Shown in pieces: positions 42,102-52,474 of a DNA stretch of 56,704 bases. A program made the position numbers and the translations under genes. Every line of letters begins with the position of its first letter. The first letter of the stretch is position 1. Origin of the DNA: Acidiferrobacteraceae bacterium (GTDB lineage Bacteria > Pseudomonadota > Gammaproteobacteria > Acidiferrobacterales > JAJDNE01); assembly GCA_037388825.1 (NCBI GenBank), contig JARRJV010000010.1:1-56704 (forward strand). Reading direction: 5' to 3'. The notes under the pieces were generated by a model. That model saw nothing but the letters and a program-made list of their open reading frames with translations. It searched no databases and was not told where the DNA came from.

Positions 42102-42944
42102 ATGGGACAGAAACCGGCACCTCTCCAAACCGTCACCGACGATGTGCGCCGCGCACTGGAGGAGGACGTGGGTTCGGGAGATCTGACCGCCGAACTGATT
42201 CCCGCCTCCGAAAATGCGGTGGCCCACGTGGTCACGCGCGAGGACATGGTGGTTTGCGGCCGCGCCTGGTTCGATGAATGCTTTCACCAACTGGACTCCG
42301 GGCTCCGCATTGAGTGGAAGGTCGACGATGGAGACCTGCTTGCCGCGGGCACCGTGCTATGCACGCTCGAGGGAAATGCGCGGGCGCTGCTAACCGGCGA
42401 GCGCGCCGCACTGAACTTTCTGCAACTGCTTTCCGGAACCGCCACCATCTCCCACCGCTACAGTTCTGCCGTAGCCGGAACCGGTGCCGCGGTTCTGGAT
42501 ACGCGCAAGACACTGCCCGGACTGCGTCAGGCGCAGAAGTATGCCGTTCGTAGCGGTGGCGCCCGGAATCATCGCATCGGTTTGTTCGACGCCATCCTCA
42601 TCAAGGACAATCACATCCGTGCCGCCGGGTCAGTGACCGCGGCACTGGAACAGGCGCAAGGCATTGGCCCCAAAGGAACACTGATCGAGATCGAAGTGGA
42701 AAACCTGGAACAGCTCCAGGAGGCTCTGGATGCCGGGGCACGTCGTGTGTTGCTGGACAACTTCAGCGTGGCCGAGTTGCGGCAGGCGGTAAAGCAGAAC
42801 GGCGGGCGTGCGGAACTGGAGGCATCTGGTGGCGTCTCCCTCGACAACGTCCGCCAAATCGCCGAGACCGGTGTGGACTACATTTCCGTCGGCGAACTGA
42901 CCAAGCACGTGCACGCGATCGATCTGTCCATGCGCTTTGACTAG
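42102..42944 (+). CDS. nadC: Nicotinate-nucleotide diphosphorylase (carboxylating)
   Basis: ALEEDVGSGDLT, GERAALNFLQ, LDTRKTLPGLR, NHRIGLFDAILIKDNH, EASGG; likely start ATG42102. Confidence 0.97.
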   Translation: MGQKPAPLQTVTDDVRRALEEDVGSGDLTAELIPASENAVAHVVTREDMVVCGRAWFDECFHQLDSGLRIEWKVDDGDLLAAGTVLCTLEGNARALLTGERAALNFLQLLSGTATISHRYSSAVAGTGAAVLDTRKTLPGLRQAQKYAVRSGGARNHRIGLFDAILIKDNHIRAAGSVTAALEQAQGIGPKGTLIEIEVENLEQLQEALDAGARRVLLDNFSVAELRQAVKQNGGRAELEASGGVSLDNVRQIAETGVDYISVGELTKHVHAIDLSMRFD

Positions 42945-42985
42945 GCGCATGGCCGTTGCTCCTGCTGTGTTAAAATAATGGCACC

Positions 42986-43498
42986 ATGAGAACCGTATAC
43001 AAAGCCGGGTTTCCCGTCTTCGGGCTTGTCTTGTTCCTGCTCGCAGGGACATTCGATTCCATCGGCCTGGCCGCCGAACCCGCACCACTTCCAACCGTAG
43101 ACGAGTCGGCAGGCCCCGAACGGCCCGCGCCGCAACACGGACACCATTTCATGTTCCGGGTTACCCTGCACAGCGCGAAGGAAATCGATTCCATGCTTAC
43201 GCGCGCGGAAACCCTTTCACACAGGATCGATATCGACAAGAGCCAGAGCGGCATCGCTCTGGTTCTGCATGGACCAGAGATCGAGATCTTCAACAAGAAG
43301 AACTACGGCAAGTATCGTCACATTGTCGACAAGGCCAAACGCCTAAACGCGGAGCACATCATTGCCATCAAGCTTTGTCGGACCAAGATGAGAGAGTTGC
43401 ACATGCGTGACCAGGACGTGCCATCCTGGATCGACATCGTGCCCTATGGTCCCGATGAGGAAAAACGTCTTGAGGGTCTGGGCTACACCTACTTGTAG
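42986..43498 (+). CDS. Secreted DsrE-like protein
   Basis: Signal peptide ending GLA-AE; IALVLHGPEIEIF and a single Cys in IKLCRT, matching the DsrE/DsrF-like pattern. Confidence 0.7.
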   Translation: MRTVYKAGFPVFGLVLFLLAGTFDSIGLAAEPAPLPTVDESAGPERPAPQHGHHFMFRVTLHSAKEIDSMLTRAETLSHRIDIDKSQSGIALVLHGPEIEIFNKKNYGKYRHIVDKAKRLNAEHIIAIKLCRTKMRELHMRDQDVPSWIDIVPYGPDEEKRLEGLGYTYL

Positions 43499-44004
43499 GT
43501 CTTGCGGCGGAACAGTTCTCGCGAACTCATGACGCGATCCAGAAACAGCTTTCCGTCCAGATGATCGATTTCATGCTGTATCGCGCGTGCCTCGAATCCC
43601 TCGCACGACAGCTCGATCTGCGAACCATCGGGTCCACGAGCCTGCAGCCGAATGCTCTGCGCCCGGGCCACATTCCCGGTGTAGTCCGGTACCGACAGGC
43701 ACCCTTCCCGTCCGATGACTTCACCGGAACGCTCCACGATTTCCGGATTGATGAGTACCATACGTCCGTGATTCGAACTCTTCAGCTTCGGCCGCGCCTG
43801 CAGCATGGATGAGACATCGACGAGCACGATGCGCTGAAAGTATGCAACCTGGGGCGCGGCAATTCCCACGCTCGGCGGACCCGCGTCCATGGTCTCTTCG
43901 AGGTCTCCAAGGAAGTCAGCGAGCGTCGCATCAAAGGTATCCACAGGTTTGGATACCTGTAACAGGCGCTCATCCGGGTACACCAGAACCTGTAATACAG
44001 CCAC
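43489..44004 (-). CDS. def: Peptide deformylase
   Basis: VGIAAPQV, EGCLS, QHEIDHLDG. Confidence 0.96.
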   Translation of the reverse strand: MAVLQVLVYPDERLLQVSKPVDTFDATLADFLGDLEETMDAGPPSVGIAAPQVAYFQRIVLVDVSSMLQARPKLKSSNHGRMVLINPEIVERSGEVIGREGCLSVPDYTGNVARAQSIRLQARGPDGSQIELSCEGFEARAIQHEIDHLDGKLFLDRVMSSRELFRRKTYK

Positions 44005-44009
44005 GGTAC

Positions 44010-44531
44010 TCAGCCAAGCAAGGTGTCGGTGGATTCCATGCCGAGCGTGATTCCGCTGGCGCGGAGGCTCGCAACCGCCGGCTCCAGGGTTTCCGCACCG
44101 CCTTCCACAAAGCCGTCCAGAATCATGATGTAGACGGGCTCCGTATCCGTCCCGCCCACATCCGAGTCGAGATCAAGAATGTGAAATCCCGCTTCCGCGA
44201 GCGCCCCGGTTACATCCGCCACGATGCCCGTACGATCCGCGCTGTAGACGCGAACCTGGACATTGGGTTCGGGGTGGGAATGGGGTACCGATTCGATGCG
44301 GTCGATATGCAGGTGGAGATCCAGGGATTCGGCTACGGGCTCCACGACTGCCTTCAGGCCGGTCTCGCCAGATTCTCCCTGCACCATCATCATGATGGTG
44401 AAGTTGCCACTGAGCCGGGCCATGGAGGCCTCACCCAGATTCCAGTCCGCATCCGCCAGGGCGCGGCTCAGCCGCGCGACGATCCCCGGCCGGTCCTTTC
44501 CGACCACCGCAAGCATGTACCAATCTGCCAT
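44010..44531 (-). CDS. Tandem ACT-domain protein (GcvR-like)
   Basis: VVGKDRPGIVARLS and VYSADRTGIVADVT ACT signatures. Confidence 0.88.
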   Translation of the reverse strand: MADWYMLAVVGKDRPGIVARLSRALADADWNLGEASMARLSGNFTIMMMVQGESGETGLKAVVEPVAESLDLHLHIDRIESVPHSHPEPNVQVRVYSADRTGIVADVTGALAEAGFHILDLDSDVGGTDTEPVYIMILDGFVEGGAETLEPAVASLRASGITLGMESTDTLLG

Positions 44532-44596
44532 GGATTCCGCTCCTTACCTTGTTGGGTCCCCTGTGTATCCGGGACCGGACCCGTTATGATTCCGCC

Positions 44597-44834
44597 ATGT
44601 TCGTCATTGCAATCGTCTGGCTCTACTTTTCCCTACTGCTGGCCATCGGCCTGTGGCCCAATGTATTGGCGATGGTCGGCACATTCGTGGTCCTCGGTAT
44701 TCTCCCTGCGGCCTTTCTGCTCCACAACCTTCGTGGCTCGGCCAACAACCGTATTCGCGAGCAACAGAGGGCGCGCCGGGACGCGGAACTAGTGCAGCAG
44801 CCGGTGAGTAACCGCCGACGAGAATCAGCAATAG
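44597..44834 (+). CDS. Small two-TM membrane protein; 3' end apparently frameshifted (as given it reads through to 44908)
   Basis: MFVIAIVWLYFSLLLAIG...TFVVLGILP; a natural-looking end ADENQQ* (TAG 44832-44834) lies one frame away. Confidence 0.6.
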
Positions 44835-45560
44835 CTGTTGAACTGAAACCCGGAATTCGGTCCGGTGATGCAGGCCGGGAATCAGGTCGGCGACAGCGAT
44901 ATAGATGAAACTGGAAGCCGCAATCGCCAGCACGTACGGGATCAGGCTCGTGGTGACCGCAAGGAAGTAATAGGCCGCCAGGGCGCCGATCAGGGTCGTC
45001 ACCGACGACAAACCATTAAACAGGAATGCCCGGGCGCGCGAGTATCCACCGTTCAACAGCAACGCAAAGTCGCCGACTTCCTGGGGAATCTCATGGGCCG
45101 TCACCGCAAGAGCCGTGACGATACCAAGATGGATGTCTGTCATGAATGCGGCAGCGATCAGCACCCCATCCATGGTGTTATGAACAGCGTCACCGATCAA
45201 AATCAGATTCGCGGCGGCGACATTGCGCGCGTGACCGATGTCCGGAACATGGGCCTCACAATCATCGGCGTGGCAGTGCCGCCACAAAACCAGTTTTTCC
45301 AGAACGAAGAAAACCAGAATCCCGCCCAGCAGTGTCGCGCCAAACCTGTGGGCATTCTGGGTCCCGATGGTCTCGATTGCGTGCGGGATCAGGCCCAGGA
45401 ACGCCGCCCCCAACAAGGCCCCGATGGCGATACTCACCAATGCGGGCAAGGTGCGTTCGCGCACGGTCTCGGAAACCACCAGACATGCGGACGCCGCCAC
45501 TACGCTCAGAAGACCTCCGAGCAGGGAGAAGGCGAGAATCCACAACAGTAGCGTATTCAT
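44789..45560 (-). pseudogene. ZIP family metal transporter with apparent frameshift in the last TM (as given it reads through to 44604)
   Basis: AIGALLGAAFL, LWRHCH, IGDAVHNTMDG, HEIPQEVGDF, FIYIAVADLIP; hydrophobic ZIP sequence stops at LLLILVG, while AVTHRLLH* (TAG 44791-44789) is in another frame. Confidence 0.75.
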
Positions 45561-45597
45561 TGGTGCATCCGCAGTTTCAGGGCTGCGGCATCATACC

Positions 45598-46353
45598 TCA
45601 ATTCGAGCCCGTCTCATCGATCCAGATCAGTGATGCCATGCGCCCGGTCTCCCCATCGCGCCGGAACGAATAGAACCGCTCCTGCTCGGTAAACGTGCAA
45701 TGACCGCCACCGTAGACCGCCTGCACCCCGGCACGTGCCAGCCTTCGCCGGGCAAGTACATAGAGATCGGCATACCAGCGGTCCCCTTCCCCCTCCACGA
45801 AGGCCCCGGACGCACCCTCGTCGGCTTGCAGGAACCGGTTTCGCACCTCGGGACCGACTTCGAATGCGGCCGGTCCGATGGCAGGTCCCAGCCAGACCAG
45901 CAGCGAATCGGGCCCGGCCGCGAAACAGGCGACCGCCGCTTCCACAACTCCCGCAACCAGGCCACGCCAGCCCGCATGAACGGCGGCAACTGCGCCGCCT
46001 TCGCGGTCGCACAGCAGCACGGGAAGACAATCCGCGGTCAGAACCGCACACACCACGCCTGGACGATCCGCGTACGAAGCGTCAGCCTCCCCCGGACCGT
46101 CGACAGCCTGGCGCACGTTCCGCCCGTGAACCTGGCGCAACCACACCGGCTCGCCAGGCAAGGAAAGGGTTTCGCGCAAGCGCGCGCGATTGCTCGCTAC
46201 GTGTTCGGGATCGTCGCCGACGTGATCGGCAAGGTTAAAGCGATCCCACGGCGGAAGACTCACACCCCCGACCCGGGTAGTCGTGTACGCGTGCACGTTC
46301 GCCGGCGCGGGCCAGTCTGGCAGAATGTATTCCGGTTGAGTCATGCTCTTCAT
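45598..46353 (-). CDS. pgeF: Purine nucleoside phosphorylase / peptidoglycan editing factor (YfiH)
   Basis: NLADHVGDD, QVHG, TADCLPVLL, HAGWRG, LGPAIG, FYSFRR. Confidence 0.95.
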   Translation of the reverse strand: MKSMTQPEYILPDWPAPANVHAYTTTRVGGVSLPPWDRFNLADHVGDDPEHVASNRARLRETLSLPGEPVWLRQVHGRNVRQAVDGPGEADASYADRPGVVCAVLTADCLPVLLCDREGGAVAAVHAGWRGLVAGVVEAAVACFAAGPDSLLVWLGPAIGPAAFEVGPEVRNRFLQADEGASGAFVEGEGDRWYADLYVLARRRLARAGVQAVYGGGHCTFTEQERFYSFRRDGETGRMASLIWIDETGSN

Positions 46354-47339
46354 TCCGCCGCTCCTCCGTCCGCATTCGGGTGTGCGCGCGCGTCTTCCTC
46401 CAGGGCTTCAATCAATTGGCGCATATCATCGGGCGGGCCCGCTTCCCATTCCATCTCCTGTCCGGTACGCGGATGAATCAGGCCAAGGCGCGTTGCATGC
46501 AGGGCCTGTCGATGAAAGCCCCTGAGGGTCTGCGCGAAATCGAGGCTGCTGTCCGGCGGAATTCGAAGGCGCCCGCCATAGACGGGGTCACCGAAGACCG
46601 CAAACCCCACGTAGGCCATATGCACGCGGATCTGGTGGGTGCGCCCGGTCTCAAGCCGCACTCGTACCAGGGTATGCTGGCGGAATCGCCGTTCAATACG
46701 ATAATGAGTAATCGCCGGCTTGCCACCCGGGACTACGGCCATGCGGGTTCGGTCCCTCGGGTTCCTGCCAATGGGTTCCTCCACGGTCCCGCCGGAAATC
46801 AGGCGGCCGGTCACGACCGCCAGGTACTCGCGCTTCAGACTGCGTTGCGACAACTGCTCGATCAGGTCGAGCCGCGCGGCCTCATTGCGCGCGACCACCA
46901 TCAGGCCGGATGTCTCCTTGTCCAGCCGATGCACAATCCCCGCGCGGGGCAAGACAGCGAGCTCGGGCGAATGATGCAACAGCGCATTCAACAGGGTTTG
47001 ATCCGGGTTGCCCGCCCCGGGGTGAACAACAATGTCCGGAGGCTTGTTGAGTACCAGGAGGTCCTGGTCTTCAAAACAGATTTCGAGTGGTATCTCCTGG
47101 GCCTGCCACTCACCCGACTCCGCCGGTGGTACGTCCACCACCACGGTCTCTCCCCCAAGCACGGGATCCCGCGGGCGCGGTGTAGCCTCGTTCACCCGCA
47201 CCCGGCCCTCGCGGATCCATTGCTGGATTCGGGCACGGGAGACGTGCGGGAGCACCTGCGCCAGGCACTGGTCCAGCCGCATGACCTCCGGTTGGTCACA
47301 AAAACAGAAATCAATACGCTCCGACGGGGTTCCGCTCAT
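46350..47339 (-). CDS. rluD: 23S rRNA pseudouridine synthase RluD
   Basis: S4 domain; NKPPDIVVHP, GIVHRLDKETSG, LETGRTHQIRVH, RQALHA. Confidence 0.96.
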   Translation of the reverse strand: MSGTPSERIDFCFCDQPEVMRLDQCLAQVLPHVSRARIQQWIREGRVRVNEATPRPRDPVLGGETVVVDVPPAESGEWQAQEIPLEICFEDQDLLVLNKPPDIVVHPGAGNPDQTLLNALLHHSPELAVLPRAGIVHRLDKETSGLMVVARNEAARLDLIEQLSQRSLKREYLAVVTGRLISGGTVEEPIGRNPRDRTRMAVVPGGKPAITHYRIERRFRQHTLVRVRLETGRTHQIRVHMAYVGFAVFGDPVYGGRLRIPPDSSLDFAQTLRGFHRQALHATRLGLIHPRTGQEMEWEAGPPDDMRQLIEALEEDARAHPNADGGAAE

Positions 47340-47421
47340 GTTTCCGGATCCGGCTTCACTGCACCGCGAAATCAGGGTAAGCTTTGCGCCGAATTTTCAC
47401 CACGTCGACCCCGCGAACGGC

Positions 47422-48186
47422 ATGCGCCCTGCTCTGTTTCTTTTCGTTACCATTGTCGTGGCAACCACCCTGGGTGGCTGTGCCTCCGTGACCAAACCAA
47501 AGGACGAAACCGCCAAGTGGTCGGCCGAAAAGCTGTACCAGGAAGCTACAAACTCTCTGCATCAAAACGATTTCGAAATCGCAGCCGGCTATCTCGAAAA
47601 GCTGGAGGCGCGCTATCCATTTGGCAAATATGCGGCGCAAGCACAGCTGGAGTCTGCCTACGCCTACTATCGAGCCGGCGAACCGACCCTGGCCATTGCT
47701 GCCGCCGAGCGGTTTATTCGACTGCACCCGACCCACCCGTTCGTGGATTACGCCTACTATCTCAAGGGATTGGTGAGTTTCAATATCAAGCACGGCAGCC
47801 TGGACTCGTTGATCGGTGAAAAAGACTACTCCGACCGGGATCCGCAATCCATGCGCGATGCCCCCGATGCAAGCCTGCGCATTACGTACCTGCACAACCT
47901 GATGGCCAAATCAGAGATCAATGTGGCGCGCCACTACTATGCACGCAAGGCGTACGTGGCGACGGTGAATCGCTGCAAGTACGTGCTCGATCACTACCAG
48001 GCCACCCCGGCCGCCGAAGATGCGCTCGGACTGCAGTCCATGGCCTATCTTCAAATGGGGATGCCAAAGCTGGCAGAGGACTCTGCCCGGGTCCTGAAAC
48101 TCAACTTTCCGAAAAGCAAGTACCTGAAGCAGGTTCAGGCAATGCTCCCGGCGTCAAAGAAACCGCACAGCGACGCCAAGGGCTGA
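47422..48186 (+). CDS. bamD: Outer membrane protein assembly factor BamD (apparent in-frame internal deletion)
   Basis: LGGC lipobox; LEARYPFGKYAAQAQLE; FIRLHPTHP..DYAYY; SDRDPQ; divergent from rluD as usual. Confidence 0.93.
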   Translation: MRPALFLFVTIVVATTLGGCASVTKPKDETAKWSAEKLYQEATNSLHQNDFEIAAGYLEKLEARYPFGKYAAQAQLESAYAYYRAGEPTLAIAAAERFIRLHPTHPFVDYAYYLKGLVSFNIKHGSLDSLIGEKDYSDRDPQSMRDAPDASLRITYLHNLMAKSEINVARHYYARKAYVATVNRCKYVLDHYQATPAAEDALGLQSMAYLQMGMPKLAEDSARVLKLNFPKSKYLKQVQAMLPASKKPHSDAKG

Positions 48187-48194
48187 TTTCCGGC

Positions 48195-48605
<411 letters not shown>

Positions 48606-48616
48606 TTAACATAACT

Positions 48617-50242
48617 CTACCTGCTTTCCTCCCTGCCCATCCCTGAGGTAATGGGATAGCGGCGGTCCCGACCAAACGCCCGCGGCGTCACGCGCACCCC
48701 CGGCGCCGCCTGGCGACGCTTGTACTCATTGCGATCAACCATGCGCACCACCCGCCGCACGATCGCCTCGTCGAAACCAGCGGCAACGATGTCCTCGACC
48801 GAAGCGTCATGCTCGACGTAGCGCTCCAGGATCGGGTCCAGGATCTCGTACGGGGGAAGGCTGTCCGTGTCCTCCTGGTCAGGGGCCAGTTCCGCCGACG
48901 GGGCCCGGGTCAGCACCCGGGTCGGGATCACTTCACCGATCGCGTTTCGGTATCGCGCCAGGCGATAGACCAGGGTCTTGGGGACATCCTTGATCGCACC
49001 GAAGCCACCGACCATGTCCCCGTACAGGGTCGCGTAGCCGACGGCCATCTCGCTCTTGTTGCCCGTGGTCAGCACCATGGCCCCGGATTTGTTGGAGATC
49101 GCCATCAGCAAGGTGCCCCGGATACGCGCCTGCAGATTCTCTTCGGTAACATCCACCGGCAATCCCCGGAACCTGTCCTCCAGCGCGCCCAAAAAGGCCT
49201 CGAACACAGGCGCGATGGGAATCACCGTGTAGTGAACGCCGAGTTTTCCCGCCTCGACTTTGGCATCCTCGACACTGATATCGCGCGTATAGGCGGACGG
49301 CATCATCACCGCCTCCACCCGCTCCGGCCCCAGGGCGTCGACGGCGATCGCCAGCGTCAAGGCCGAATCGATGCCACCGGACAGGCCCAGCACCACACCC
49401 GGAAAGCCGTTCTTGTCCACGTAGTCCCGGACTCCCAGGACGATGGCGCGATACACGCTTTCATCATCCGCCAGTTCGGGAGCACGCTCCGCGGCTACTG
49501 GCACGCCGTCGTGCAAGTCCACGGCAACGAGGCCCGCTTCGAATGCCGGCGCCCGCTGGGTCACGACCCCTTCACCGTTGACCACAAACGAGTCGCCGTC
49601 AAACACAAGCTCGTCCTGCCCGCCGACCAGGTTCACATAGATCACGGGCACACCGGTCTCGCGCGAGCGGTGGATCACAGCCTCTTCCCGCTGCCGCCAT
49701 TTGGTCATGTGGTACGGCGATGCGTTCAGGTTCAACAGCAAACGGGCACCCTGTTTGACCGCTTCTGCGGCCGGGCCGGGCTCCCAGATGTCTTCACAAA
49801 TGGTGAGCCCGGTCGGGATTCCTTTCAGGTCGAACACAATCGATTCGGTGCCGGGAGTGAAGTAGCGCTTTTCATCGAAGACCGCGTAGTTGGGCAGGCA
49901 CTGTTTGTAGTACGTGGCGATGACGGAACCGTTGCGGATGACCGATGCCGCGTTGTAGTGCCGCCCGCCGTCCAGCGTCGGGTAGCCAACGACGATGTCG
50001 ATCCCGAGTTTTGCCTCGCGAATCCGCTCCAGGGCCCGGACGACCCGTTCGTACAGCTCCGGACGCAACAGCAGATCCTCCGGCGGATAGCCGGTAAGCG
50101 CCAACTCGGGGAAGACGACTGCGTCGGCCCGGAACTCGTCCTGCGCCCGCCGCGCGGCATCCAGGATCAGCGATGTATTGCCATGCACATCGCCCACCAG
50201 CAGATTGATCTGCGCCATGACTACGCGCAGCTGTTGCGGCAT
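48617..50242 (-). CDS. nadE: Glutamine-dependent NAD+ synthetase
   Basis: Nitrilase-type domain (FPELALTGYPPED, FDEKRYF, ICEDIW) fused to synthetase domain (GLSGGIDS, TTGNKSEMAVGYATLYGD). Confidence 0.97.
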   Translation of the reverse strand: MPQQLRVVMAQINLLVGDVHGNTSLILDAARRAQDEFRADAVVFPELALTGYPPEDLLLRPELYERVVRALERIREAKLGIDIVVGYPTLDGGRHYNAASVIRNGSVIATYYKQCLPNYAVFDEKRYFTPGTESIVFDLKGIPTGLTICEDIWEPGPAAEAVKQGARLLLNLNASPYHMTKWRQREEAVIHRSRETGVPVIYVNLVGGQDELVFDGDSFVVNGEGVVTQRAPAFEAGLVAVDLHDGVPVAAERAPELADDESVYRAIVLGVRDYVDKNGFPGVVLGLSGGIDSALTLAIAVDALGPERVEAVMMPSAYTRDISVEDAKVEAGKLGVHYTVIPIAPVFEAFLGALEDRFRGLPVDVTEENLQARIRGTLLMAISNKSGAMVLTTGNKSEMAVGYATLYGDMVGGFGAIKDVPKTLVYRLARYRNAIGEVIPTRVLTRAPSAELAPDQEDTDSLPPYEILDPILERYVEHDASVEDIVAAGFDEAIVRRVVRMVDRNEYKRRQAAPGVRVTPRAFGRDRRYPITSGMGREESR

Positions 50243-51112
50243 TTAGGCCAGGACCTCGCGCAGTCGTTCGCCCATCTCCGCAGGCGAACGGACCGTGTGC
50301 ACGCCCGCCGCCTCCAGGGCGCGATACTTTTCTTCCGCCGTTCCGGTGCCGCCGGCGATCACGGCGCCCGCATGTCCCATGCGCTTTCCGGGCGGCGCGG
50401 TCACACCGGCAATATAGGCCACCACCGGCTTGCTTACGTGCTCCTGGATATAGGCCGCGGCGGCTTCTTCCGCTTCGCCGCCAATCTCACCGACCATGAT
50501 AATACCTTCGGTCTGCGGGTCTTCTTCGAAGGCACGCAGGCAATCGATGAAGCCCATACCATGAATGGGATCACCGCCGATACCGACACAGGTGCTCTGC
50601 CCCAGACCGGACTGACTGGTTTGATGAACTGCCTCGTAGGTCAGCGTGCCGGAACGGGAAACGATACCGATGCGACCCGGCTGGTGGATCGCGCCAGGCA
50701 TGATGCCGATCTTGCACGCGCCCGGTGTGATCACTCCCGGGCAATTGGGTCCGATGAGCCTGGCGTCATATCGGTTGAGGGCCTCTTTCACCTTGAGCAT
50801 GTCGAGCACCGGAATCCCTTCGGTGATGCACACGATCACGCGAATTCCCGCATCGGCTGCCTCAAGGATGGAATCGGCAGCAAAGGCCGCCGGCACATAG
50901 ATCATGCTGGCGTCGGCGCCGGTTTCCGCCACCGCATCGCGAACCGTATCGAACACGGGCCGGTCCAGGTGGGTCTGTCCGCCCTTACCCGGGGTTACGC
51001 CGCCGACAAGATTGGTTCCATAGGCGAGCGCCTGCTCGGAATGAAAGCTGCCCTGCTTGCCGGTGAAACCCTGGCAAATCACCTTCGTATTCTTGTCCAC
51101 CAGAATACTCAT
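50243..51112 (-). CDS. sucD: Succinyl-CoA synthetase alpha subunit
   Basis: [35 protein letters not shown]. Confidence 0.98.
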   Translation of the reverse strand: MSILVDKNTKVICQGFTGKQGSFHSEQALAYGTNLVGGVTPGKGGQTHLDRPVFDTVRDAVAETGADASMIYVPAAFAADSILEAADAGIRVIVCITEGIPVLDMLKVKEALNRYDARLIGPNCPGVITPGACKIGIMPGAIHQPGRIGIVSRSGTLTYEAVHQTSQSGLGQSTCVGIGGDPIHGMGFIDCLRAFEEDPQTEGIIMVGEIGGEAEEAAAAYIQEHVSKPVVAYIAGVTAPPGKRMGHAGAVIAGGTGTAEEKYRALEAAGVHTVRSPAEMGERLREVLA

Positions 51113-52293
51113 GCGTCCGCCTCCACGGCCGCGCCACTGCTCGCCGCAACCACCTTGGCCGCGGCATCGGCAAGCGTGGCGGCGGTGATGATGTCCAAAC
51201 CGCTGCTCTCCAGCAATTCGCGTCCACGATCGGCGTTCGTGCCTTCCAGGCGCACCACCACCGGCAAGGCCAGGCCTACCTCACGCACCGCGGCGATGAT
51301 CCCGTCGGCAATGAGGTCGCAGCGCACGATACCGCCAAAGATATTGACCAGGATGGCGCGTACCTTTTCGTCGGAAAGAATAATCTTCAGCGCTTCCGCG
51401 ACCTTGTCCGAGGTGGTGCCGCCGCCGACATCGAGAAAGTTCGCCGGACGGCCGCCGTGCAACTGGATCAGATCCATGGTCGCCATGGCCAGGCCAGCAC
51501 CGTTCACCATGCAACCGATCTCGCCGTCCAGCGCGACATAGTTCAGACCGAACTGATGCGCCTTGTGTTCTTTCGGGTCTTCCTGCGTCGGGTCGCGCCA
51601 CTCCTCAATCTGCTTCTGGCGGAAGAGCGCGTTGTCATCGACATTGATTTTGGCATCCAGCGCCAGCAGTTCACCTGCGGTCGTGCGGGCGAGCGGGTTG
51701 ATTTCCACCAGGCTCAGGTCCCGTTCGAGGAACAGGCGGTACATGGCCAACATGATCCGCGTCAGGGCGCCGACTTGCTTGTCGCGCAGACCCAGGGCAA
51801 AGGCTAGCTCGCGGCACTGATAGGCCTGCAGACCCGTGACGGGATTAACCACGGCACGCAGGATCTTCTCCGGTGCAGTGGCCGCCACCTGCTCGATGTC
51901 CATTCCGCCCTCGGCCGAGGCGACGAACACCACCCGTGCGCGGCTGCGATCCACCAGACAGGCGACATAGTATTCATGATCAACCGCGACCGGGGCCTCC
52001 ACCAGGATGCGCTCCACCGGTTGCCCCTCGGAACCGGTCTGGGCCGTCACCAGCCTCGTCCCCAGAAGCTGGTCCGCCGCCTTCTCCAGCTCAGCCCGTC
52101 CCTGAACCGGACGCACGCCGCCCGCCTTGCCGCGACCGCCGGCGTGCACCTGCGCCTTCACGATCCAGTCGTTGCCACCCAGCTCCTCGGCCACGGCCAG
52201 GGCCTCGCGCACGGAAAAGGCCGCCTTCCCCGCCGGCACCGGAATCCCGGCAGTAGCCAGCAGGGACTTGGACTGGTACTCATGTAAATTCAT
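51109..52293 (-). CDS. sucC: Succinyl-CoA synthetase beta subunit
   Basis: [51 protein letters not shown]. Confidence 0.98.
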   Translation of the reverse strand: MNLHEYQSKSLLATAGIPVPAGKAAFSVREALAVAEELGGNDWIVKAQVHAGGRGKAGGVRPVQGRAELEKAADQLLGTRLVTAQTGSEGQPVERILVEAPVAVDHEYYVACLVDRSRARVVFVASAEGGMDIEQVAATAPEKILRAVVNPVTGLQAYQCRELAFALGLRDKQVGALTRIMLAMYRLFLERDLSLVEINPLARTTAGELLALDAKINVDDNALFRQKQIEEWRDPTQEDPKEHKAHQFGLNYVALDGEIGCMVNGAGLAMATMDLIQLHGGRPANFLDVGGGTTSDKVAEALKIILSDEKVRAILVNIFGGIVRCDLIADGIIAAVREVGLALPVVVRLEGTNADRGRELLESSGLDIITAATLADAAAKVVAASSGAAVEADA

Positions 52294-52474
52294 CGAAAAG
52301 AAACCTTTGTGCTTGTTTTCGCGAAACGGACGCTATTTTCGTGCAAAACACGTCCGTCGTCGACCGCCCCATCCCGGGCGCAATTCCGCGAACAGTTTGC
52401 GGGAACGTGCTGACGGGAATCCGTTATCATAAACCCGTCTGGTCGCGTATTACCCATCGACGAGAAGGTTCACC

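Noticed and set aside
48809-51541. 910-aa plus-strand ORF, and similar long antisense ORFs at 16663-18306, 20737-22521, 33695-35743 and 15085-16341
   Set aside because: Shadow frames opposite well-supported genes (nadE/sucCD, metH, M16 peptidase, MFS); expected from GC-rich codon bias, with no motifs of their own.
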